A DNA stretch of 64,000 bases from Rhina ancylostomus. Lineage: Eukaryota. A program made the translations under genes and the position numbers. The stretch spans positions 62,637,767 through 62,701,766 of the forward strand of contig JARFYF010000007.1 of the NCBI GenBank assembly GCA_030265395.1. The letters are read 5' to 3'. Positions 24,291 through 37,805 of this stretch are shown here, in pieces. The first letter of the stretch is position 1, and every line of letters starts with the position of its first letter. Below the pieces are notes generated by a model. That model saw only the letters and a list, made by a program, of their open reading frames with translations. It made no database searches and was not told where the DNA came from.

Positions 24291-24654
24291 CATTCACAAA
24301 CTTTAAACTAAATCTTGTTTACCCAAATTCAGCTTATTATATATTGTATGAACTGAGGTGTGGTGCATTGTCCCATCTCTCACAGCTGAAGCACCTTCTG
24401 TTAAGAAAAGAAAGATGCAAAGCACTTCGTACTTCAGTCTTATCACCTGATGCCGCAAGATATCTTATTCGCTTTGTAATCAGTCCCATCATTCATGTTC
24501 CAAAAAATCTATTTGGTTTTACTTTTATGTGATCCACTAATCTATTGTCTGACACTCCCTTTCACCTTTTCAGTTTTCTGCACTCTTGCATTTAGCATGA
24601 GTCTCCACTACATTAAGAGCAAGTTGTTTATCATCATGTGAATATAATAACAAA

Positions 24655-25090
24655 CAAATTAGGAGCAGGAGTCAACTCAGCCCTTCAAGCCTGTTCTGCC
24701 ATTCAATAAGATTGACGCCAATCTAGTTGTGACTTCAATTGCACATTCCCATTGACCCACAGTAACCTTTCACCCCCTTATTCATCAAGTAACTAACCAC
24801 GTCTGCCTTAAAAACATTCAGACTCTGCTTCCACTATCCTTTGAGGGAGAGTTCAAAAGACTCACAACCCTTTGAAAGAAAAAAGTGCCTCATCTCTGGA
24901 TTAAATGGGCCACTCCTAGTTCTAGGTTCACCCACAAGAGAGAACATCCTCCTTTATATTCATCATGTCAAGAACCTTCAAGATCTTGTGTTTCAATCAA
25001 ATCACCTCTATTCTATACTCCAGCTGATGTAAGCTTAGCCTGTACAACCTTTCCTCACAAGTCAAACCACATTTCAGGTGTTGGTCTACT
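24655..25090 (-). mobile_element. CR1 LINE 3' end
   Basis: TTAGGAGCAGGAGTC..CAGCCCTTCAAGCCTGTTCTGCCATTCAATAAGAT...GAGAGTTCAAAAGACTCACAACCCT. Confidence 0.75.
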
Positions 25091-25649
25091 AAACCCCTTT
25101 TCTCTGGATTGTTGTCACTTCTACATCTCTAGCCATACAGGGAGCTCTTGCTTTCAATACCTCTTTAATCTCCTTTGAATAAATTATCGGAAATCTACCA
25201 CAAGTTGGGTGGCTGGAATTATAATTCTCAAAGGGAAACTGGTCGCTCTTGAAAGACAAAATGTAAACACATTTATTAATCTCAGTGCTGATTTCCAAAT
25301 GGAATATTTTTTCGAGGCATTTTTGTTTTTTGAGTGGGAAGAGATCTGGTGTTCATTTAAACCACTACTTCATGTCATTCTCAGATTAACTGCAGCTGAA
25401 AGTGTAGGACATGAGAGATTCAAAGTCTTAGGAGCACCATGATAAACTGGTTGTTAAGAATCCTGAAAGAGTAGCCAAAGGAGGGTTTTACCTCTCATTT
25501 TAAATGTAGCCCTTCAGTGAAGGCATAGGAATGCTCACCACTTTCATATAAAGTTTGACAGAGACGAATCAGTTGAATTATTGTTAGCCATACCACATCC
25601 ATTTCTTAATGGTGGTAGCCAATTATACAACTAATAGGAGAAGGCACAT

Positions 25650-26130
25650 CAAGAACATAAAACACTACAGCACAGAAATCAGGCCATTCGGCCCTTCTAG
25701 TCTGTGCCTAAACGTTATTCTGCTTGTCCCATTTACCTGCACCCAGTCCATAACCCTTCAGACCTCTCCTGTCTATGTATCTATCCAATTTATTCTCAAA
25801 ACTCAAGAGTGAGGCCGCACTTGCATCAGATGGCAGCTCATTCCAGAGTCCCACCACTGTCTGAGTGAAGAAGTTCCCCCTAATGTTCCCCTAAACCTTT
25901 CCCCTTTCACCCTAAAGCCATGTCCTTTCATACTTAACTCTCCTAATCTAGGTGGAAAGAGCCTACTCATATTAACTCTGTCAGTACCCCTCAATCTTGT
26001 AAACCTCTATCAAATCTCCCCTCATTCTTCTACACTCCAAGGAATAAAGTCCTAACCTGTTCAATCTTTCCGTGTAACTCAACTCCTGAAGACCCGGCAA
26101 CATTCTAGTAAATCTCCTCTGCACTCTTTC
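25650..26130 (-). mobile_element. CR1 (HER1-like) LINE 3' end
   Basis: MRGTDRVNMSRLFP..GHGFRVKGERFRG; tail AACATAAAACACTACAGCACAGAAATCAGGCCATTCGGCCC. Confidence 0.85.
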
Positions 26131-27449
26131 ACATCATCAGTTGAGAGTCCAGAACAGACAAAAGCATTACTACATTAAACTGTTGAAAATCCTACTAAAA
26201 TGCACTTAGTGATTCCCAAGCAAGAAAAACTGAAGGACTCTTAACTTGTATGGCAATGTTATTTGTTGATCAAAGCTCTGTGAAGCAAAGCAGAAGTATT
26301 GAAATGCCATATTGAGTGGAAATATATAACCCCAGACTGGCTTCTGACTGTATATAATGCTTTCAACAATTATCTATGGAATGTTTCATCCAGCACAAAA
26401 TGAATTACGTTCACAAGAAGGGCTAGAATGTTTGCACCAAGTTGTTGCAAAAGTTCTCAGACCTGTGACGTGTAACAACATTTCATGATCATCAGCAAGT
26501 ATTAACTAACATATTTGTTGCATTATTGACCACAAACTATCTTGTTGATCTTTTGATTTCACTTTTGCCCACAACAATGTTTTAACTGTAAGTGATAAAC
26601 ATTGCAGAAAGATTTCTATGAATGTTATACAGTAGGCCCTTTGGTCCACAATTTCCATGTCAACCACCAATTACCTATCTGCACCAGTCACCCATCAACG
26701 CTACTAAGGTCCCACCCATCAACACTCCTAAGATCCCTGCCACGTAATCTGTATGTCCTACCAGAATTTGACTTCCCAAAGTGCATTACCTCACACTTCG
26801 TCCGGATTATATTTAATCTGCCACCACTGTGCCCAACTTTCCAGTTAATTTATGTCTAGCTGTTAAACAGCTTTCTTTGCTATCTATGACTCCAATTTTC
26901 ATGTCATCTGCAAACTTGCTAATCCTGTACATTCTCATCAAAATTATTTTAATGTGTACCATCTTTGAATCACTATATAAAATAAAATCTTAATTTCAAA
27001 TTTGCTTTAATTTTGTGTTTTGATATGCCAGGTTGAAAATATTTTCTATCTTAATGCAAATAGCACACGCACACATTTTATTCTGTCTCACCCCTGTTCT
27101 CTTTCTCAATTCTACATTTTATATTCTGAACCAAGTTTCTGAAATGATAGCTACTTGTGCAGTTTCTCAGTAAATCTTTTTTTGATATAAAAATATTTTG
27201 GATTCAGCATGATCAGTTTAAATTAAATTTTTGATTTGACTTTGCAGTTTTAACATATATTGTAGCAGGTAATCATGATGGAATCTATGGAAGATCTAAT
27301 CTTAATTTAATTTATCATTAAAAGATTTTATTTTCTAAGATTTATCTGTAGCTTAATTTAAGATAAACTTGCCTTCACAATAAAATGAGGCTCGTATGAA
27401 AAGGTGCATTTGAAACATTTTCTCACCAGAGTTCAATCCATAATAGGCA

Positions 27450-27920
27450 TAATGGACAGCATAGCCCAGAGTGTCTATGCTATCCATTATGCCTATCTAT
27501 ACTAATCCCATTTGCTTGCATTAATTCCATATCTCTATGACCTGCTCATTCAAGTACCAGTCAAGATGCCTCTTAAATGTTATTAATGTTCCTGCCTCCA
27601 CTATGACCTCAGGCAGCTCATCCTGGATACAAACTACTCTTTGTGTGTAATAAAATTTACTCCTCAGATCTCCTTTAAACCTCCTCCCTCTCACCTTAAA
27701 TTTGTTCCATCTAGTTTTTGACATCCCTACTCCATGGGACACAGGCACCAGATGCCCTATTTATCTACCTGCACAATGTCACCCCTCAGCATTGTTCATT
27801 GCAGGGAAAATAGACCAAGCCTATACAATCTCACGTGATGACTCAAGCCCTCTTATCAGGTAACATCCTTCTGAATCTTTTCTGCACCCTCGTAGTTTAA
27901 TCACATCTTTCCTGTAGTCA
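27450..27920 (-). mobile_element. CR1 LINE 3' end
   Basis: SKTRWNKFKVRGRRFKGDLRSKFYYTQRVV...TFKRHLDWYLN. Confidence 0.85.
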
Positions 27921-27944
27921 TTAAGCTTATCACATGTTCATAGA

Positions 27945-28275
27945 AATTGTAAAGTCATATAGCATGGAAACAGGCCTTTGGCTCACTGCAGCAATTTACC
28001 ACCCAGTGCACACTAATCCTATTCTTCCCATTGACGTGCCCATCTACCTCATCCCCTTTTCCCCTGTTTCCTCCTGATTTGCCTACCACCTGAGCCCATG
28101 GACAATTTACAATATTCAATTAAATTTGGACTGTTGGAGAAGACTGGTGTGCTTGGGGAGAAACCCACATGGTCACAAGGGGGAAATGCAAATTGTTCAC
28201 AGCACCCAAGATTAGGATCAATAGGATTGAAATTGGGTCTCTGGAGCTGTGAAGCAGCAGTACTTGCACCCACTG
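27945..28275 (-). mobile_element. HE1-like SINE
   Basis: GGAGAAACCCACATGGTCACAAGGG..GCAAA..CACAGCACCCAAG..GGATTGAA..GGGTCTCTGGAGCTGTGAAGCAGCAG; CR1-like tail CATATAGCATGGAAACAGGCC. Confidence 0.75.
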
Positions 28276-28657
28276 ACTGACCCGCTGGGTATTTCCAGCA
28301 TACTTATTTTGTATTCCCAGCAACAGCTGTGTTCTGCATCTCAGTTACAGTATTTTTTTTCTTTCTACTATCCTCATTTATCTCTTATTTACGTCCTCTG
28401 GACAGATCAGCTTTGGTTGACGAGCATTCCCTGCCCTAGACAGCACCAACAATTGTGTCTTGGGCACCCTTGGTCTTCACCCTATTTCATTCCCTGTTCT
28501 TTCCATCCCACGTCCTCCTCCTCCTCTACAAAATTATTTTTTTTTACTTACCTTTATNNNNNNNNNNNNNNNNNNNNNNNNNNNNNNNNNNNNNNNNNNN
28601 NNNNNNNNNNNNNNNNNNNNNNNNNNNNNNNNNNNNNNNNNNNNNNNNNNNNNNNNN

Positions 28658-28845
28658 AAGCTTTGAAAGCCTTCCTCGCTGTCCACAACACCTCCAATCT
28701 TAGTGTCATCAGCAAACTTGCTGATCCAATTTACTACATCATCATCTAGATCATTGATATAGACAACAAACATCAATGGCCCCAGCACAGATCCCAGCAT
28801 AGAGGCACACCACTAGTCACAGGCCTCCGGTCTGAGAAACAATCA
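28658..28845 (-). mobile_element. CR1 RT core fragment
   Basis: GSVLGPLMFVVYINDLDDDVVNWISKFADDTKIGGVVDSEEG. Confidence 0.9.
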
Positions 28846-29049
28846 AGGACACCCCTTCCTCAGTGAAGGCACAGAGCCAAAGGCAAGATTGAAACACCTG
28901 TAACTGAGATTGAAGTGCCCAGTGGATGAGTCACCTCAGTGTACTCTGCATGTCTTTACCATTGGAGCTCCATAATTTCAGTTGCAGGAATTCCTTAGGG
29001 TGGTATCCAACTACCTGCAGCTGTATCAGTGGCCTTCCTTCTATTATGT

Positions 29050-29620
29050 CAGAAGTGGGAATGATCATGGATTATTGCTCAATTATCAGTTCCAGGGGTA
29101 CGCCACAGGAGTTGGTACCAGGCTCTCAACCATTTGCAACTTATGTGATTTGGATGAAGACACCTCAGGCATAGTTGCTAAATTTGCAAATGACACAAAG
29201 ATAAGCAGGAAAGGAAGATGTGAAGAGATCATAAGAAAGCTGTGAAGATCATGGATAGGTTAAGTGAATGGACAAAGGTCTGGCAAAAGAAGCATAATGT
29301 AGGAAAATGTGAAACTGTTTGAGCAAGAAAAATAAAAGCAAATATTATATAAATGATAAGAAATTGCCAAATTCTGAGATGCACAAGGATCAGAGTGTCA
29401 TAGTGCTTGATTCACAAAAGTCTAGTATTCATGTACAGCAAGTAATTAGGAAAGCCAACTGAATGTTATCATTTATTGCAAGGAGAATTGAATACAAAAG
29501 CAGGGATATTATGCTTCAGTTATATGGGGCAGTGAGGCCACATCCAGTTACTGTGTACAGTATTGGTCTCTTTACTTAAGGAAAGGTATTCCAAAGAAGC
29601 AGTTCAAGGAATGCTTTAGA
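29050..29620 (+). mobile_element. CR1 RT fragment, decayed
   Basis: DLDEDTSGIVAKFANDTKI, DRLSEW.KVWQ, GIEYKSRDIMLQLY, YCVQYWS. Confidence 0.8.
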
Positions 29621-32039
29621 GAAGAAATTCTATTGCAAGGAGGCTGAAGTACAAAATTAAATAAGTTTTGCCACAATTTTGCAGAACCAGAAATATTGCA
29701 TTCTAAAAGTAAACTTAACTATTTTTCAAGCAGGGCAACTTTGGCAAAAATACTTTCAACTGAGAGCCACATTAGCTATGAAATTTACACACTGCTCACT
29801 ATTACTTCGTGGTATAATTTTACAAGTGTTATTCATGTAACTAAAACAAAGTTTGCTTGTGAGATAAAATAATATTTTATTTAGAAAACTGGAAAATATA
29901 TAGAATCAAAAATTCACTTACATTATTACATTTTTAAGAGTAATATTACTTTTACTCAATGGATATACGTTGTTATATTTGATTTCACAATGTGCACCGA
30001 TATGTAAGCATATGCACACACACTCACACATGCTTTGTTTTAACCCCTTACACCCTTATCCTCACCTCTGACCTCATTCTGCTGTCCCACAGAACCCCTC
30101 CTTTCAACCATTATACCCCTNNNNNNNNNNNNNNNNNNNNNNNNNNNNNNNNNNNNNNNNNNNNNNNNNNNNNNNNNNNNNNNNNNNNNNNNNNNNNNNN
30201 NNNNNNNNNNNNNNNNNNNNTATACCCCTTCCGTCTCTTGCACACCTGCCCATATTCCTGACCATACTTCACTCTCCATCTCTCAGCTCTGCTCTGTACA
30301 GTGCATTTGTCTGTGTAACCAGTCCCATTCCCAGCCATGCACATTTGGCTCCATTCCCAGCCACACTTAAATCCCTGGCCTCACATGCCCATGTTTTCAG
30401 CCCCATCACCTACCTGGTTCATCTGCACACTTGGCCCTGTTTCCAGTGCTCTGCCTTTGTCACACATCCGAAACATGCAGATTGATTGGTTAATTGCCCC
30501 CAGTGTGTGCATGAATGACATAAGCTTGAAGGAGTTTATGGAAACTTGAGAAGAATGAAATAAAATTAGTTTTGGATTAACATAAGTGGGTGTTTGATAG
30601 TGTGGGCTTGATGGGCTGTTTATGTTTTGTATATGACTCTATGACTCTCAACCTTTGACTCAATTAATCAGTTGGCTGCCAAGCAATTTGACAATCTTGG
30701 CAGGTAAGTGATCTGACAGCCTCCATACAACACCAATCCCAAATTCTGATCCGCAGTCATCTCCACTCCCAATCCCCACTTCCTCCCAGTTGCTGGACCA
30801 ATGTCCATTCTCCCACCAAACTCCCACCAGAACCTTATCTCAGGAAAGAAGAATGAGTGTTATGTTTCAGGTTTGGACTCGTTCATTACAACAGGCTGAT
30901 TTTCCAAACTTCATATGTATTATGGAAATTAAATTATGTCATTAAAATAAAATTAAAAAATTTTATGCAGGCAGCATATTTGCTCAGCAACTGTTACCCC
31001 TCGGAGGAAATCACTCTCTGCACACAGCTAATGGGGTCTTGAAGAAGAAATAAGTCCTTTCAATTCCACTGATAATTCAAATTAAAACAAAGTGCAAGGC
31101 AGCTATAATATGGAATGAAATTAATTATTAGTCTTAGGGAAGAGGGATACCACTTTTCCTCTGTTAAGGGAGTTACTTGTATAAATAACAATCAACCGAT
31201 GAACTGAACGAGTGCGAAAATAAATTCTAGAGCAGCATGGAGTGGAATTGGATAGTGCTTGGATATCATGATAACCTATTAACCCGTGAGCTTTGCTTCT
31301 CATGGAAACAGCAAAGCCACTCTGTGTTGCCTGCGACTTTAATGATTGCAGCATGCAGCCAGTATTAACTTCAGCACGTCCAATATTGTTAATGGAGACA
31401 TGTGTTGGAAGTTATTCCAGAAAATATTCAGATTTTCCAGTGCTGCACTGGGGGCCTTGGTGGAAGAGGAGGTGATGAGATATCCTCCGATATACCATAT
31501 ATGCTTACTAGATAAATTCAGAGAAGGCCCTGGGACCCAATAACTATGGCATTCAATATCAGAAGTCAAGCTCCCAGGATCTGAATGCAGTGCCATGAAA
31601 GCTTCAATAACCTCATGCATGTAGTTATGGTCAGTGAATTAATCTTCATATGTCCCACCCCACTATCTGTACTACTAGCCTCTGCAACTGCTCATCATTC
31701 ATCCACCTACAATCTCTATGCACCAAGGCTCAAACCTAACATCCACAGCACCACTTCACCTTCGCGCTGTAGCAGTGAATCAAGCCTCATACCCATATCT
31801 CACAATCTGCACCGCATCCAGCTATTCAGTTTTGGCAATCACATCACCCAAGCACATTTTGTGGTTCTAACTGACTTCTATCTTGCAAAGCAAGATTTTC
31901 AACGCTGCACAACCTTGCAACCTGCAGGAGACAGTCATTGCCATCACTGGACCTACTATTGCCTAAGCCACCGACAGAGATGGGGGATGAAACAACAGCA
32001 AGTGATGATATCCTCCTCTTCCCATCCACTGTCTCTATA

Positions 32040-32700
32040 TTCATTCAAGTGATGTGGGCTTTGCAGACTGAGCCAGCATTTGATTGCCCTTCCCTAATTG
32101 CCTTTGAGAAGGTGGTAGTGAGCTGCCTTCTTGAACTGCTGCAGTCTTTGAGGTGTGGGTATATTCACAATGTTGTTAGGGAGACTGTTCCAGGATTTTG
32201 ACCCAGTGACAGTGAAGGAATGATAATAGATTTCCAAAGTAAGGATGGTATGTGGCTTGCGGGACAATTCCAGGTAGTGGTGTTTTCATGCTTTTGTCAT
32301 TAATGTAGCAGCTGGTCAGGAACTCATGTACGTATCTCCTGTGGCTGAGATGATTGACCTCCAACCACAACTATTTTACTTGATTCCAACCAGCAAAGGG
32401 TTTTACACTAATTCCCACTGACTCCTTGGTGCCACACCTGATCAAATGCTGCTTTCATGTCAAGGGCAGTTAATCTCACCTCACCTCTGGAGTTTAGCTC
32501 TTTTGCCCATGTTTGGACCAAGGCTGTAAAGAGGTCAGGAGCTGAGCGATTTTGGCTGAATCCAAACTGAACTTCTGTGAGCAGGTACTTGCCAAGCAAG
32601 TACCTCTTGATAACACTGCCAAGGATCTCTTCCACCACATTGCTGATCATCAAGACTTGACTAATGGGGCGGTAATTGGCCCAGTTGGGTTTATCCAGCA
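32040..32700 (-). mobile_element. CR1-group LINE: RT fragment joined to the 3' end
   Basis: ANYRPIS...LLTEVQFGFSQNRSAPDLFTALVQTWAKELNSRGEVRLTALDMKAAFDQVWHQG. Confidence 0.85.
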
Positions 32701-32784
32701 TCCAGTTTAGAAGCTACAGATGATGTAATCATCCATCACTAACATTCACCCATCACTCAGGTCAACTCTACTTGTGCCTTTCTC

Positions 32785-33135
32785 CTGTCATACAGTCCTA
32801 CAACATGGAAACAAGACCCTTCAGCTCACTAAGTCCATGCCAAACTTGAGGCACCTACCTACACTAATCCTACCCAACTCCATTTTATTCTTTCCACATT
32901 TTCATCAACTCCCCTCAGATCCTACTACTCAACTACACCAGGGAGAATTTATAATGGATAATCGACCTCTGAACCTGCAGATCTTTGGGATGTGGGAGCC
33001 TGGAGCACCCAGATGAAACCCATTTGTTCACAGGAGGAAGATGCAAACACTACTCAGAAAGCATTGGAGGTCAGGATTGAATCCAGATTGCTGAAGCAGT
33101 GAGGCAACATCTTTTATTAGCTGCACCACTGGACT
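32785..33135 (-). mobile_element. HE1-like SINE
   Basis: TCTTTGGGATGTGGGAG..GGAGCACCCAGATGAAACCCA..GGTCAGGATTGAATCCAG..GTGAGGCAAC. Confidence 0.75.
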
Positions 33136-34929
33136 CATGTGAAGCCAACTTCAGAAGGAAGTATACACATATTGCTTTGTATCTGTTGGAAGACCTGGGT
33201 GGTGTGTCAAAGAACTTTGAAGGATTATAACAACAAATTTAAATTAAAAAAGCCACCAAAAACCAGGAAGACGTTTAAACAATTAACTCCATTACTGCTT
33301 ACACAGATGATTAAAAAAAATGTAATTTACTTTATTCCTATCCATCAGCAAACTGGAACTTCTATGTTCAGATATGTATGCAACAAAGTCTCAAACTTGC
33401 TGACATTTATTGAAGCAAACACTGGCATTTCACTACAGAACTGCTGACAATGCCCAGCAAAATCCAGATCAATATTCCATTGCATGATACTATCACTCTC
33501 AACAGATCATAACAATATTCAAATTTGTGCTCTAAATAATTGAGGTTACTTTCAGAAAATACCTGATTTATTTGCTATATGATAAACTCACATTTCCTTG
33601 GCTGTCAATGCCATAATGAGACTTAGCAAGCCAAACTAATGTTACAAATGGCCTGCAAAAATATGAAGGCCACAAAATGTTTGCTGAGTGAGAATATGGA
33701 AAAAAGAGTGATGAAAAATATTTGTACTTAGAAAACTTTCATATTTTTCCCTTCTAATGTCTTTTGCCTTTTCCTTTGTCCATAAACTAACATTATCTGA
33801 CATGGAATCTCAAGTGCAATATTACTCTCTCACTCCCTGTTCATTCTTCATCCAATTCAACAGTAAACTAGAGTACTGAAAAATTCCCGAACTTCTCATC
33901 TATGAGCAGAAGAAATTAATTAATACATATATAATATATATGATATATATAAAATATATATATTATATCATAAAATTATGTTTAGTTTCACTATTCACCT
34001 AGTTCATTGCTGAAATTATTAACATCTTGTCATGATTCTGAGTACTGGCCCTCGATTTGGCTCCTCAGATGCCTCGTTGTCCAACACATGGATTCCATGC
34101 TGGACTGATTACATAATGACACACACCTGAGCCCCATCAGGGGCCTAGCATAAGTACCTGGGTTTCTGTAGCACTTAATTCCAAAGGACTTAATTCCAAA
34201 TGGGTCTGACAAAGAATCAGGAACTTCTTTGAGTTCAAGTCCAGAAGCAAGCAATTGCTTCTACGCCAAAATCTGTAAGGAGGTTAGGAGGACTCTGAAA
34301 ACCTGTAATTTGACTAGATTTAAAGTTGCTTATTTGAGAAAGATGTTAGCTGTTTATTGATCCTCACAGTTGAAAATGTATACAGTGGACAGACAAAAAT
34401 GCATTATATTTTCTTAAACAAAACAGAGCACACTTCCTGAATTTGATGCACATGGGAGGTACAACAAGCATTCTAAATCTTTGTTTATTCTTTTTGGGAA
34501 TTTTGTGGTTATGTTCTCTAAAATCAATTTTTTATTAAATTCAAACTTCAGGCCAATTTGTAAATAATCCAGGTCAACTGTTAGAATGAACCAAAATCAT
34601 ATGATAACTTTAAAAGCGGTGAGTTAAAATGCAATGAGTTGCTGGCTTGGCAGCATAATTCATTCATGCTGTCAGCTGAATATCAGTCCCTGCTAAGGTC
34701 TGAAATCATGCTGTCCTGGAAACTAAGGGCTTAATCTTACTTTTATTATCAAGTGCTCAATAACAAGGAAGAAGGGAGATCAAAGAAAGGGTTACTTGCA
34801 CCTGCAGCTAAACCATAATTGACATTTCTGGCAGCAGCAGGTCAAACTGCTTTATGCTTTTGCCTGAAGAACGCTGTCTGAAATGGAAGGGAACAATGCT
34901 GGTGGAGGAGAAATTATTAATGCAGCCAC

Positions 34930-35340
34930 TAAAAGAAAGAAAGGCTTGCATTTATATTGTTCCTTGCACTTATATTGTTTCTTGCACATTACTTTCAGGA
35001 AGATTCAAAGTGTGTTCAGCCAGCAAAATAGCAGTATACATCCAATGATCAAAACATGCCAGCCAATTTGCACACAGCAAGCTCCCAGGAAAGTCAGTGA
35101 GATAATGAAAGAGAATTTCATTTTGTGTATCGTGGAGTAAAATACCAGAGAGTCACCTGGATAATTCCTCTGCTCTACTTTGAAATGTCCCTATGATTTT
35201 TTTAAACCCATCCAGGAAAGGAAAAATGCCTCATTTTAACATATCTTTCAAATGATAGCACCTTTGACAGTGCTGCTCCCCTTCCACACTGCACTAGTGA
35301 GTCAGCCTAGATGTTGGCACTCGAATCTATAAATCTATGC
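34930..35340 (-). mobile_element. SacSINE1-like Deu-domain SINE
   Basis: TTGCATTTATA..GCCAATTTGCACACAGCAAG.TCCCA..CCTCTGCTCT..GCACCTTTGACAGTGCTGC..ACTGCACT.GTGAGTCAGCCTAGAT resembles my recollection of the Deu domain. Confidence 0.7.
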
Positions 35341-36744
35341 TTTGAATGCTGAAAGCTGTGGTGATGGTGTTTTAAAATGAGCCACAGCTGCCTTGAGCCT
35401 TGAGCTTTTTTTTGTTATTTTCTTCTGATTGTGATTAACATCTTTACATCCTCAAGCAGTTAAAGAAATAATTTAAAACAAAATATTTCATCTTCCACCA
35501 AGCCAACACTCTGCTAATGAAATACACTATGTTCACAGCATGTTTCTCATTACTTAGAGCCAGATGATCCAGAATAATATCAGGTATTTTAGAACTAGGA
35601 CAGCAGTCAATAACACAAATCTACTAATTAGAATTTGTGAATCAGAAATCTGCCCTTCTCTCTATCCGTCTTTTTTCCTTCTATCAATAAAGAAACCGAA
35701 GCATCAAAATTGCTCTGCTCCAATTTACAGGTGAAACAAACCCGCCTTTATGTAGTTTTAATTGAAGTTCATGCATGAGAGAATCTCAAATAAAAATCAC
35801 ATTAATGTCATCTTAACATATGGTCTGCAGCCTGTATTTTCAGAAGGTCCAACCCTGTATCTATAGAACTGTTACAGGTTATCTACTTTGGCTATATCTG
35901 CAGTTTGTAGTGAAAAGATCTTCAGTCTAATACAACAGCTGTGACACTTGCATTGTCTAATAACCATGAACACAAGAGGCCAGAGAAAACTCATCCTGCC
36001 CTGGAGAGGTCAGGTTTTGTTTACACATTAAGAATTCTGACATATGGCTAACATGTGAGACTCTTGTAATCAAAAAGACATTTTCCTATTAAAGGCATAA
36101 TTTCTGCTTCTGTTGAATGCTTATAGGGAAACAATTACCATCAATGCCATTGCACGTATGGTACAAGTTTATTTTTCATTTCCTCTCGTATCACAGCAGT
36201 TATGAATATCCATCTCCACATTCAGACATAGTTTTATAGCTGGCTGCAAGGCAAATTAAAAATTATTTGCCAGAAGAATCCTTTGTAAGAGCAAAAATAT
36301 CCCATGATATTTATTATTAATATATAAGTAACTTGGGTATAAATTTGGGACCTCGGGCATTACCATTAAATTTTTCCCCTCCAGCCCAATTTGCTGATTT
36401 AACACATATGGCTATTTAATTTTATTATTTGAAAATATAGTCATTACAGTTCAGAATTATACTAATCATTGTGTCTGCTACACAATAAATTGTGACCCAC
36501 AAATTGATTTGAAACTGAAGCAACTATTGTCTATAAAAGTTGCATTATTTTAAAAGTATTATGTTTATAGTGCTGGTTTAATGGCATTCTTTTTTATTCA
36601 CCCAATCAAGTTCAAAAGAATCTTCACACACTATAAAATTATCCTTTTAAAAGCAAACCATTTTACAAGTTTGTTCAGATTTCTTTTGTTTGCCAAAGCT
36701 TTAACCTTGATAGTACATTTAACACAAAAATTTTATCTGTCTGT

Positions 36745-37390
36745 AATGTTATCTATCTCAGTTTCTATCTCTCTCACTGGGGTACTAGAAAATAGTCAGT
36801 AATTCAAACTTATAGCAAGGGTACTTAATTAAATAAAAGCTTGGTGTCAAGACAACATTCTTTTTACTGTGGTTTTCTCCACAGACTCTGGCAGCTCTGC
36901 ATTGAACAATGTTACAAGATACAATTCTTAAAGTGGTACCAACCAATGTTACACGTCCAAAATATGTGACCTCCCTCCTATAATAATGAAAAATCAAGGG
37001 GAAAAAAATCACCTGAAATAACTCTCCAATCTCCATCTTACCTTCACATGGATTTGTTTAGTTTATTGGTGGGTTCACAGACCACATTCCCAGATTTGGT
37101 CCCAACTGGCATGGTATTCCTGAGCCTGTTGGCAAGTTGTGGTCTTCTCACACTGCAGGGTTAGTGGTTCATTCTCCAATATATCCACATTTACTTCTGT
37201 AAACAAGCCTCTCTGTTGGTTTTCCTGAGTTGATGCTGGTTTTTCTGACATTGTTCACCCTTCTGAACTTACACGATCTTAGATACAGCATGTCTTGAGT
37301 CACCACTTCTGTCATGTCTGGTGCTGGTTTCATATAGAGGTTTCATCCTCATTATGTCTCCAATCCTTAGTACTAGCAGGTCATTTGCAC
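36745..37390 (-). mobile_element. Ty3/Gypsy integrase C-terminus + 3' LTR, decayed
   Basis: ANDLLVLRIGDIMRMKP..CQKNQHQLRKT (cf. LxxGDxVR..RRNRxHLR), TKSGNVV (cf. TRSGRxV). The LTR shares TTGGTACCACTTTAAGAA and TCTGTGGA.AAAACCACAGTAAAAAGAATG with 24035-24200. Confidence 0.7.
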
Positions 37391-37414
37391 CTCTGTTGTA
37401 GCAGTGTGCCTGTC

Positions 37415-37805
37415 ATTGAGTCATACATTTACACGGCACAGAAACAGGCTCTTTGGCCACTGAGCCTGCACCCATCTACACTCAGCCCATTTTATTTCCC
37501 CTACATTCCCATCATCTCCCCCAAGATTCTAACAACTCCCTATGTACTAGGGACAATTTGCAGTGGCCAATTAACCTACCAACCCCCATGTTTTTTAGAT
37601 GTGGGAGGAAACTGAAGTGCCCAGAGGAAGCACATGTGGTCACAGGGAGAACATGCAAACTTCACACAGACAGCACAGAGATTAGGATTGGTATTGGTAT
37701 TTGTTTATTATTGTCACTTGTACCGAGATACAGTGAAAAACTTGTCTTGCATACCGATCATACAGGTCAATTCATTACACAGTGCAGTTACATTGGGTTA
37801 GTACA
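37415..37805 (-). mobile_element. HE1-like SINE abutting a Rex1/Babar tail
   Basis: SINE body TTTAGATGTGGGAGGAAACT..CCCAGAGGAAGCACATGTGGTCACAGGGAGAACATGCAAAC, then TTGGTATTGGTATT..TTGTCACTTGTACCGAGATACAGTGAAAAACTTGTC. Confidence 0.75.

Noticed and set aside
24323-24398. Minus-strand exon candidate with a good polypyrimidine acceptor
   Set aside because: Weak donor (GTAAAC), unrecognised peptide, no neighbouring exons.
26686-26735. 24-bp imperfect tandem duplication (also 15-bp at ~34175-34200 and 18-bp at ~34945-34987)
   Set aside because: Two-copy slippage duplications with no spacers; not CRISPR-like or satellite arrays.
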